Shown here in pieces: positions 26,435 to 38,059 of a stretch of 64,000 nucleotides of DNA. Position 1 is the stretch's first letter. Every line of letters starts with the position of its first letter. The translations under genes and the position numbers were made by a program. Source of the stretch: Octopus sinensis (Eukaryota); contig NC_043000.1 in the NCBI RefSeq assembly GCF_006345805.1, forward strand, positions 47,554,001 to 47,618,000. The letters are read 5' to 3'. The notes under the pieces were generated by a model, which worked only from the letters and a program-made list of their open reading frames with translations, did no database searches and had not been told where the DNA came from.

Positions 26435-27609
26435 TAGAGAGATAGGTAGATAGATAGATAGATAGATAGATATGTATACATATATCTGTATGTATGTATA
26501 TGTATATATGTATACATATATATGTATATATGTATGCATATATGTATGTATACATATATATATATGTATGTATAAATATATGTATATTTATATGTATATA
26601 TATGTGTGTATATATATATATGTGTGTGTTTATATATATATACATATGTATATATATGTATATTTGCATATTTATTTATATATGTATGTATATATATGTA
26701 TGTATGTATATACATATATATATGTATATGTATGTATATATATATATATGTGTATATGTATGTATATGTACGTATGTATGTGTGTACATATATGCATATA
26801 TTTACATATATGTATGTATAATTGTTGAAGACGACAACAAACAGCAAGGCAAGGCAAACATCTCAAGTCATGTACAATATTATTATTGGAAAGAATTCTG
26901 ATCTTACAGCTGTTTCTGGGATATTCCGTCACTAGAGAAAAATAGGAAAAAATAAAGAAAATGAGAGTGGTATATATTAATGTGATGACAACATAGAGTA
27001 AGGGAGTAAAAGAATAAGGAGATGGAAAGAAAGAAGAAAAAGGAAGAATAAAAGTTCATAGTTCCATTTTCGGAAGTTATAAAAACAAAAGCATTTAGGT
27101 GCAATCCTGTGTAGATCCACGTGGGTTAACATCTTGATGTAGTAGACATCCAGAGAAAAAAGATGTGAACATTTAAACTTTCAATAATAGAATGGTAGCA
27201 GAGGTGGCTATTAAGTGGTAGAAGGAGAGAAAATAAATAGAAAGAAAGGTAGAGTGATGGGTAGGAATTTAAGGATTGGCTACAGGATAAAGTAAGGTGT
27301 ATAGGTGTATGATGTCTAAGAATTGTGTACAAGGTAGCTGAGAAGATAAAAGAAAGCATGAGGAAGTAGAGGAAGAGAGGGTAAAAGAAACAGAGGAAAA
27401 TGAAAGGAATTTAAAGAGAGCAGTAGGAGTCTGTGGTAGTCTTAAAGTCTATCAGTGTTGGGGAGTAAATCTAGTAGTAACTGCTTGCATCTGTTCGGGC
27501 TAAGGTCAGTGGCTGTAGAGTTATTTTTAGCCACGGGGTTATGAGTATGTAGCTGGTATGTATATGAGGTCGGTATAGATGAGGACAGTTGTTAGGGATC
27601 ATTTTATAA

Positions 27610-27745
27610 AAGGAGTGTGTGGAAGAGAGTGAAGCAGGAAGACATGCACAAGTTGGTGAAGGCTGATCTCAAGACATTGAACCTCACAAGGAGATGAGGA
27701 AAAACCAGTTTAACTGGGCATAAGCAATCCTTGGAAAGACCTATC
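27610..27745 (+). mobile_element. Degraded RTE C-terminal fragment
   Basis: Similar to ~3985-4120 (CAGGAAGACATG...GTGAAGGCTGATCTCAAGACATTG). Confidence 0.6.
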
Positions 27746-27922
27746 TATCTCAGCAAAACAGAGATCCCAGAGATACTATGTGTGCAACTGGATCCCTTGC
27801 CTGGTTTTCTTCTCAAGACATTCCTACAGCCCATCGTCCCTTTAATTACATTATTCTGCTGTAATTAAAGCTAAGCTGAACTGCATACTTCACCAACTTT
27901 TCTCTGATACCATTTATCCTTC

Positions 27923-28109
27923 AGGGTGGGTGTTACTGTAGCTTTAAGCCCCAGGCGATCATCGTCTCCAGCTGGCTTTAGGCACACTATCTGTGCTCTT
28001 ATGGTATTTGCAAAGGGAGGTCAAATACCATAAGGGCACAGATAGTGTGCCTAAAGCCAGCTGGAGACGATGATCTCCTGGAGCTAAAAGCTACAGTAAC
28101 ACCCATCCT
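27923..28109. repeat. Near-perfect hairpin, 88-bp arms, 11-nt loop
   Basis: 27923-28010 is the reverse complement of 28022-28109 with about five differences. Confidence 0.95.
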
Positions 28110-29103
28110 TAGTGGTTAGCCATATTGAGATGGCTAGTATACTTTACGTTATCGAGCGGTTACTGTTTACACCTCGTTCAGAGATTTATTATCATTTATC
28201 CTTCATAATCCCAGAATTTTTCATTTGTTGTCCATTAATAATATTGTCCCCACAAATCACACTTTATATTGAACAACCCCTAACTCACCAAAATATCCCT
28301 ACTCCAACACCATACACATGTCTCATCATTACTACTTTTCTGGCCATCTCCACCCTAGCCATTCATGTCCTATCTTCTGTAATATATATAACCATGTTGT
28401 TCCTCTACATCCAGAAACATTCTATCCTGGCACATTCTCTTATACTTTAACCGATTATCCTTTAGCAAAGAGCCACTTCCCTCTCTACTGTAGTGCCACT
28501 CAGTTATAGTGGATCTCCGTTTTGTGAGCAGCAAATAATCCCATCAATGCAAGTATCATAAAGAAAGCACCAAGAATAAGCTGTAAAGAGTTTGGGATCC
28601 AACCACACAAACCAACCAAAAGCAGACACATTAGAACATGATGCAGTCTTTGGACCCCTCAGATCCTGTCAAAACGTCCATTTATTGAAGTATGGAATGT
28701 GGATGTTAAATAATAATGATGACCATTGATAGATAATCACAAGACAAATATATATATATATATATATATATGCATATATATATACATACATACATACATA
28801 TATATACATACGCATATACACACTCACACACAGACACAAAATGTATTATAATTATTTTACGTTTTGATACTTCACGTCTTCTCTCTTATTTGACCTGGGG
28901 TGATAACAAATAAAAATTATTTTTCTTGCATTGTAAGACATAATCATTTTTAGAAGTTTTAACAATAATGATAATAATAATGATAATAATAATGATGATA
29001 ATAATAACAGCAACAAAAACAAAAATTTTCATCATCATCATCATCATCATTTTTATTATTATTATTATTATCATCATCATCATCATCATTATTATTATTA
29101 TTA

Positions 29104-29145
<42 letters not shown>

Positions 29146-30628
29146 CATCATCATCGTTATTATTATTGCTATAAATCATTATTCTAGATAAATAAGAAAG
29201 TGTTATTATTAGTGTTTGGTTCTAGAAAAACCTACTTTAAATTTTCCAAGTGGTATCATTACAGAATTTAATAGATTTATCTTAACACTTTTCGAATTTA
29301 AAGATCAAAGCAAATAATTTTGGTATTTATTTTTTACCCTTGAATTATTACTATATTATTTATTATTTTTTTTTACTTTTTCATTCAGTTTGTTTGAATC
29401 ACAAAAATTGCCAACAAGCAAATTAACATTACTGAAAAATTATTTGTAGTGGTTACGTGATTTTCTAATAGTTTAAAGTCTAAATCTGCTTCAAAATTTG
29501 ATATTTTTGAAAGAAATGGATTTTCACTGTTACTATTTTTATTATTAACTTTGCAACCAACCTACCTACGTGCCTACCTACCAGTCACCCACCCATCCAC
29601 TGATCATCTCTCTTTCTCTCGTTCTCCCTCTTTCTACTATAATATTATTTTGTTTTCTTTGCAGCTCTTAACACTGTCTATGCTGCCAGTCACCGCTTCC
29701 TCTCTCCTACCTTCCTTCTGATTCTCATTTACGATTGATCAACCCTTTACACTTGCACACTGTTCACTACATTCACCCCTATCATACCCTGTCTTTAACT
29801 AACTCTCAGTCTCCCAGCTTCATCAACATCATGATCATTATCATTATTTAACATCTGTTGTTTATCCTTGCATGGGTTGGATGGTGTGACCAGAACTGGC
29901 AAGCTGGAGAGCTGCACCTTGCCCCAGTCTGATCTGGTATTGCTTCTACACCTGGAACCCTTTTCTAATGCCAACCGCTTTACAGAGTGTGCTGGGTGCT
30001 TTTACATGGCACCCGCATGAATGCCTTTTATGTGGCACTGGTACAGAACTATTGCAGGCCAATCCCCTTCACCAAGGGGACCGACCTTAACACTTCCACT
30101 GTGGAGTATGGGTCATCTTGAATACAGCAAGGTACCAAGCAACACAGTCTTGTACTGTCTGCCGACCCCTATCTTGATCTATCCCCTCTCTATTCTAGTC
30201 ACCTTCTTGACCTTCAAGGCACACCTCATCACCACCATCTTTATCTATCTCCTTAGTTCCATTACAGTTTCTCCTTCCTATCCTTATATAATACAAGAAA
30301 TCTATAGTCATATATATTTTCTAGGGAAAGAAACCTGTTCCTGTCCCTTATATTATATTCAAGCTTTTCAGCATAAAGCCACTTTTCTATTGACTTACTC
30401 TTATTCAGTCAAAAGGATATTTTAATGTTGTAGCCTTATGCATTACATGATAACCTAACAAGTACTGGTGCTATGGAAAGAGCATTTAATATGTTCTGTA
30501 AAGTGGTAGGCATTAGAAAGGACAAGCAACCATAGAACCCAGGCCAAAATAACAGGCATTGGTGCCGGATGCAGTCTCCAAATCACTGGGTCCTGTCAAC
30601 CTATCCTGCATAGAAGATGAGATATTAA

Positions 30629-31032
30629 ATGATGATGATGATGATGATGACAATGATGATGAAGAGGAAGATGATGATCATGATCATGACGCCAACAATG
30701 ATGATGAAGATGATGGTGATAATGACGCCAGTGATGATGATGATGAGGATCATCATCATCATGCCGACAATGATTATGATGATGATAATGACGACAACAA
30801 CAACAATGACAGTAATGACGATAATGACAATAATGACGATAACAACAATAATGATAATGATGATACTCATCATCATAATCATCATCATCATCATCATCGT
30901 CATCATTATCATCATCATCGTCATTGTCATCATCGTCATTGTCGTCATCGTCCTCATTGTCGTCATCATCGTCATCATTGTCGTCATCATTGTCATCATC
31001 ATCATCATCATCATCAACATCATCATCAGCAA

Positions 31033-31075
<43 letters not shown>
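30629..31075. repeat. (GAT)n-rich tract switching to (CAT)n-rich tract
   Basis: Begins at an RTE tail; polarity flips at ~30866. Confidence 0.95.
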
Positions 31076-32609
31076 TTATTCTAACGAGACAAGGTGACAT
31101 CGAATCTAACATATTAAGAAAACACTCATAGATCACCACTTAAGCAGCGTTCCCATTTCTTTCAACAAAGTACATTGTTACAGCTTACAGAATGAGCCAG
31201 TTTCACTAACACCAGAATGAAACTATAGAGTAGATTATTTATGGTCTGACATGACACTAATTTTTCAAATGAACACAAAGAATATTTCAAAAATACTTTT
31301 GCTAATTAACTCTATCCAAAATAGCAGTGAATAAAATTATGCTTTAGAATTTTATTAACTTCATTTATTGAATTGTGAAATTTGAAAAAATAGAATGTTT
31401 TGAAATGCTTATGATATGTTGTATCGTTATTTTACATTATTTAAATCTTTATATTTCATTTGTTAATTTTTCATCTGAACTTGACCATGTTTGAAGGACT
31501 TTTGTTGAACAAAGCATTCTAAATACTTATGTTTTAAATTCTGGTGTTTATTCAAGTAATTTTGCTGAACTGCTAAGTTACAAGGATGTAAACAAACCAA
31601 TACCTGTTGTCAAGCAGTGTGAGACAGACATAACACAAAAACACACCCCCACCACACACATGCACGCACACATACACACACAAACGCACACACATATATT
31701 TATATACAACAGTCTTCTCTCTTAATTACTACTGTTCTTTCACTATTTCCATTCACTTCCTCCAATTTCTCTTCTTGTTTCCATTTAAACTCTTATATTT
31801 GTAAATGCTACTAAATAAATTACATTTGCCAATCTTCTCTTAGAAATAGAAGCTTAACTTACTTTAGCAATTTCCTCTGTATTTGTCACTGGTTGTTCAC
31901 CAATGACATCATGCAAATATCATCTATGAATAAAGTTATTGTGTAAATTATGGCCTCTTGAAACAGCTGTTATTACGTTGCTTTATATAAATTTTTTCTT
32001 TGTTTTATAATCTATACTTTGTGCTCCATGTAAACATGTCTAATACCTAGCTGTGCTTATCTACCTTACCACCACTATCATAACATGATTTTTATTGCTC
32101 TTAAACCAAATTCAAAGCAGTGGTCTTGTCCTGGATGAAGAAGCTGGAATTTAAATTAACATTCATTTGCGCACTATTCTGTGCTATCTATACTGAGATT
32201 ATTGTGCTCTCACCCACTCTCTCTCCCTACATTTATATATCATCATCATCATCGTTTAACGTCCACTTTCGTTGCTAGCATGGGTTGGACGATTTGACTG
32301 AGGGCTGGCGAAACCAGATGGCTGCACCAGGCTCCAATCTTCATCTGGCAGAGTTTCTACAGCTGGATGCATTTCCTAATGCCAACCACTCCGAGATGTA
32401 TATATATATATATATATATATGAGAAATTGCGATGACAAAGGGAATAAATAATGTTACAAACTTCATTAGCTTACTGTAGTTCCTGTGTTAAGGTGCCGT
32501 GAGCTCATAGTTACATGGCTTGGGTGTCAGCCAATAGTTTCAATGGAGCTTCAAACATGAAATGCAGTTTATTTGGCAAATCATCTTCATTTATACATGC
32601 GCACACACA

Positions 32610-32652
<43 letters not shown>

Positions 32653-33681
32653 CATATATATATATGTATATATTTATGTACACAAATATATATACATACT
32701 TGTACATATGTGTATATATATGTGTGTGTGTGTATGTGTAGCTCTATGTATGTATGTGTGTATGTATGTATATACCTATCTATGTGCGCATGTATATACC
32801 TATCTATGTGCGCATGTGTTTATAGAACCAGCTAGGCTTCTGTACAATTTTAGTGTTCCACATTTCACTAGCAACTTTTGATCAAGCTGAGGGGGCCATG
32901 TTAGACATTTGCTTAATATGTTGTGTAAGTAGATTAAATCCAGATATGTATGGCTCCTTAACAAATTTCTTCATAGACCATGCATGTTTGCACTAAAGCG
33001 GTAATATATCTTGTGCCATCCACATATTCTTCTACAACTATCTGGTAGTTGTAACAAGTTTGAAATTCCTCACTGAGGAGGTTTGATAGACCAAAACATG
33101 CCCAAAGTTCTCTCCCATATAATCCAAGGCAAGCATCTTTATTTCTAAATTTCTTTACTGTACATATTTGTTCTAGTTTGCTTTATGATACTTCTTACCC
33201 TAAATATGTCAATACTAACTTAGATATCCACAAAAGCATTGGCCTAGATGTACAGAAATATGAAAATAATGATTTTTTAAAATAAAACAGACATTTTTCT
33301 GTATCCAGTTTAAATAAATTTTTCCAATTCATATTTGGATGTATTTTTAAAATTCATACCTTCAGGAGCAAATATGTAAAAAAACCAATAATATTATGAT
33401 TAAACGAAATTTATTCAACAAGAAGCATTGCTTTATAAGAAAGAAAAGAAAAACAAAATATCTCAGCTAATACAACAACAATAACAGCAATAACAAACGG
33501 GAATAATTAGTGTTAGTTTTAGTGCATATTCTTGTGCATGAAATTGTTTATAAAATATTGAAATGCAATAGTTCTAATTTAATTTGAATTTGAAATTCAC
33601 TTTAATTATTTATTTTAATATGTATATATTTATAGTAAATATTTATATATATATACATATATATTTATATATATGTATATG

Positions 33682-33753
<72 letters not shown>

Positions 33754-33891
33754 TGTGTGTGTCTGTGTGTATATATATATATATATATATATAGATAGAT
33801 AGATAGATAGGGAGGGAGGGAGAGGGGAGGGAAAGAGAAAGAGAAAAGAGAGAGAGGGATCTGTATAGCTACATACATATATACATGTATG

Positions 33892-33922
<31 letters not shown>

Positions 33923-34444
33923 ATTTCCTATTTTAGGGAAGAAAAAGAATTTTTAAATAATTCATTTTTGAAAGTAATTGAAACTAATGAAAACCGAAGC
34001 CAATGAAATTATTATTTTTAGATATCAAAACTTGTTTCCGAACACACACATGCACTCAAACTGAATTTATCCTGGAAATTCACGCAATCAAATCCAGCAA
34101 GTAAAACAATAAAATGAATCCATTTAATTAAGAAATAACTAGGTATTCTCTAAAAATTGAATGTCTTTATTGGTAGGTGGAAGTTTTAAAAAAACAACAC
34201 GCACCGCAATTGTTAATTCTGATTTTTAACAACATAGTAATTTGTGTAAATTTAAATTAAATCTGACTGTATACTATTTTTAGCATTCAGTGTTTTTAGA
34301 TTTCAGATTAATCCATGGCCTAATTTCCATTTTCCCGCAAATATCCTTTCCATTTTTTAAGCCAATTATGCTTGTGATAAAATCTATGAATGAAATGAAC
34401 TTCCCATTTTACTAAACAATACATACATACTCATATATATGCAT

Positions 34445-34488
<44 letters not shown>

Positions 34489-34721
34489 ATATATATGTAT
34501 GTATATACATGCATATATATGTATATGTATATATATGTATATATGTATATGTATATGTATATACATATGTATATATATGTATATACATGTATATGTGTAT
34601 ATATCTATATGTATATACATATATATATGTATACATTATATATATATATATTATATATATATATTATATATTGTATATATATATATATACATATATATGT
34701 ATATATATATATGTGTTTATT

Positions 34722-34755
<34 letters not shown>

Positions 34756-35414
34756 CATATATATATACACATACATTCATATATATATGATATAATAAAA
34801 TATGTTCTCTCTCCCCTTTTGTTTTCTCTCTCTTCCTTTCTCTAATTCTTTTTACATCCCTTCTACCCCTTCCATTTTTCTCTCATCCTTTCTCTAATTC
34901 TTTTTTCTGCCTGTCTGTTTTTCTCTCTCTCCCTCTCCTCCTTTACTCTTTCTAAGTGCCACCACATGACCATCATCCATCTTTCTTTTCCTCAGGTGAT
35001 CATCTTTCTTTACCTTCAGTCTATCTTTTCTCTTGTCAAAGAATATTCCTCCAGCATTTGCTACCTTACTTTGTCTGACCTAACAGCGCCCCATTTTTGC
35101 TTTCATTTGGTTTGTTGTATGTCTCCACTGTCCTGCTTTTCTTACCAACTTTGACCCTCTGCAAATCACAATTTTTATTTTGGTTCAGTGGAACAACTGT
35201 TTTTCGAAGCCTCATATTGTCGTTAATTGCTTGAATTGTGGAGTAGATGAACAGCCAAAAACTGACAAAGGGTCTTTCTTTATGCTACTGGTCTTATTTT
35301 CCATTTCTTTCTCTCTTTGTTCACATACCCAAGTTTACCTTCGTGTTTCCTGTTGTTTTCATATTTTGTAATTTATGTTGTTTACGTTTTGTGATGTCCT
35401 GTACCCATATATGC

Positions 35415-35462
<48 letters not shown>

Positions 35463-35821
35463 TATTACACATCTAAGTATGTACATATATGTATGTATGC
35501 ATATATAAGGTATATATATTTTTTTATATTATTATATAATTGAATACCACGCATCCATTTCCAAATAAGTTTATCTTATATATATATAGATAGATAGATT
35601 GATACATTCATATATATACATGTGTAAACATAGAACGTGTTTACAAATATGTACCTCTATAGTATATACATATACTATAAATACACACACATGAATGGGA
35701 ACATGAAATGCTGAGTAGCGGTTTACTATGATATTTTTGTAATGTTTTTACAGCTTTAATAAATGAGTATATATATATATATATATATACTTTTTAAGAG
35801 GTCTTGTGCCAACAGGTTTTA

Positions 35822-35880
35822 GGATCTGACGATATGCCATAAAGCTAAAACCTTTATGGATAGGAAACCTAAGGTAATCC
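35822..35880 (+). ncRNA. Type I hammerhead ribozyme candidate (family 2)
   Basis: GGAT-CTGACGA-(CCATAAAG/CTTTATGG stem II)-GAAA-CCTAAGG-TA-ATCC; base of stem II imperfect. Confidence 0.7.
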
Positions 35881-36090
35881 CATAAACTAGCCTTCCGCAT
35901 TTTTGATATATATGTGCGTGTATGTGTGTGTATGTACCTATATATATGTGTAGGCATAAATACACATATACATATATATATATCTATATATATGTGTGTG
36001 TATACATACATATATACATATATATATATATTTTTATTTTATCTAGTTTCAGCTCACGAGCGGTGGCCATGATGGGGCACTGCCATATAT

Positions 36091-36137
<47 letters not shown>

Positions 36138-36803
36138 ATTGGTATGTATATATATATATATATATACATATATATATGTAATATATATGTATATATATAT
36201 GCATATATATATATGAATACATATGTATGTATATATATGTATATATATATAATTAATCAATATAGGGTGGCAAAAAATTTTGTAGAATTTTTTTGCCACC
36301 AGCGGCCTAGTGGGAAAAAATTAAATAGTCATAGACCATTTTTAAGTTCAACATCACAATCAAGGAACGGCCATAATAGGCCATTCACCCACTAGAAATA
36401 ACAGCCAAAGCTTCAACCGCAATAAAAATCAATTCCGTAACCAGGAGAAAATTAAAAAACATTTACCCTGTATTTCTTATACGATGCACCGTTTCATCTA
36501 CTGTTTAATGGTAAACTAACCTGATTAAATTAAATCAAGCCAATCTTCCATAGACCAAAATGGTCTATGACTATTTAATTTTTTCCCACTAGGCCGCTGG
36601 TGGCAAAAAAATTCTACAAAATTTTTTGCCACCCTATATTGATTAATTATGAATTTTCTGGTTAATTCCGTAATGGAATCGGCGGCTTATATTTATTTGC
36701 TGCCGATAAATTTGGCGCGAGTGCGATGATTTGAAAATATTAGGTCAGATATTGCCGAGGCAGGGTCGGAAATGCCTCGTGAAAATATCTGTTCCGACTT
36801 GGC

Positions 36804-36911
36804 TATTTCTTACTGATGAATCTAAGGGCCTATGGAAGATGGCTTGATTTAATTTAATCAGGTTAGTTTACCATTAAACAGTAGATGAAACGGTGCATCG
36901 TATAAGAATTA
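36804..36911 (+). ncRNA. Type I hammerhead ribozyme, copy 1
   Basis: Stem I TTCTTA/TAAGAA; CTGATGA 36813-36819; stem II ATCTA/TAGAT; GAAA 36887-36890; stem III ACGGTGCATCGT; GUA site 36900-36902. Confidence 0.85.
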
Positions 36912-37293
36912 CAGGGTAAATGTTTTTTAATTTTCTCCTGGTTTACGGAATTGATTTTTATTTATTTGCGGTTGAAGCTTTGGCTGTTATTTCTAGTGGG
37001 TGAATGGCCTATTATGGCCGTTCCTTGATTGTGATGTTGAACTTAAAAATGGTCTATGACTATTTAATTTTTTCCAACTAGGCCGCTGGTGGCAAAAAAA
37101 TTCTACAAAATTTTTTGCCACCCTATATTGATTAATTATGAATTTTCTGGTTAATTCCGTAATGGAATCGGCGGCTTATATTTATTTGCTGCCGATAAAT
37201 TTGGCGCGAGTGCGATGATTTGAAAATTTTAGGTCAGATATTGCCGAGGCAGGGTCGGAAATGCCTCGTGAAAATATCTGTTCCGACTTGGCT

Positions 37294-37400
37294 ATTTCTT
37301 ACTGATGAATCTAAGGGCCTATGGAAGATTGGCTTGATTTAATTTAATCAGGTTAGTTTACCATTAAACAGTAGATGAAACGGTGCATCGTATAAGAAAT
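37294..37400 (+). ncRNA. Type I hammerhead ribozyme, copy 2
   Basis: 8-bp stem I ATTTCTTA/TAAGAAAT; CTGATGA 37302-37308; GAAA 37377-37380; GUA site 37390-37392. Confidence 0.88.
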
Positions 37401-37646
37401 TACAGGGTAAATGTTTTTTAATTTTCTCCTGGTTTACGGAATTGATTTTTATTTGCGGTTGAAGCTTTGGCTGTTATTTCTAGTGGGTGAATGGCCTATT
37501 ATGGCCGTTCTTGATTGTGATGTATTAATATATATATTTGTATGTATATATGCATAATGTCTATAAGTATATATATGCATATATATATATGAATATATAT
37601 ATATATATATGAATATATATGTATGTATATATATTTATATATATAT

Positions 37647-37688
<42 letters not shown>

Positions 37689-37739
37689 TGTATATATGAA
37701 TATATATATATGTGTGAGTATGTTTGTGTGTGTGTGCTC

Positions 37740-38056
37740 TCCAGGCAATAACAGAGGAATTCGAGATAGGATACCCTTGGGAGCTACTCTATACTGATAA
37801 CCTTGCTCTACTAGCTGAGTCACTATCAGAACTAGAGGAGGAGTTTTAGGTGTGAAAGTAATCTCAGGGCCTTGGAGTCAATCTAGCAAAAACCGAATTC
37901 TTAATAGGTAGGAAGGCAGACATAGCACAAATCCCTTCAGGTAGATGGCCCTGCTCAATCTGTAGAAAAGGCGTAGGTAGAAACTCCATAAGATGTACCC
38001 AGTGTAAGCCATGGGCACATAAGAGGTGCAGCAATATCAGAGGAAAGCTAACGGGA
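37740..38056 (+). mobile_element. RTE LINE RT fragment with Cys-rich (PHD-like) finger; 5' part of an interrupted element
   Basis: [25 protein letters not shown] (YADD box decayed), GLGVNLAKT, WPCSICRKGVGRNSIRCTQCKPWAHKRCS. Confidence 0.88.
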
Positions 38057-38059
38057 AAT

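Larger units (their letters stand above)
36249..37523 (+). mobile_element. Hammerhead-containing ~490-bp tandem repeat (retrozyme/PLE terminal-repeat-like) with inverted partial copy
   Basis: Direct copies ~36557-37045 and ~37046-37523 (period 489-490); 36249-36556 is a reverse-complement partial copy; flanked by (TA)n; no ORF. Confidence 0.88.

Noticed and set aside
30559-31131. Asp-rich then His-rich 190-aa ORF suggestive of a metal-binding protein
   Set aside because: Starts inside an RTE tail and consists of GAT/CAT repeats; no splice or signal-peptide evidence
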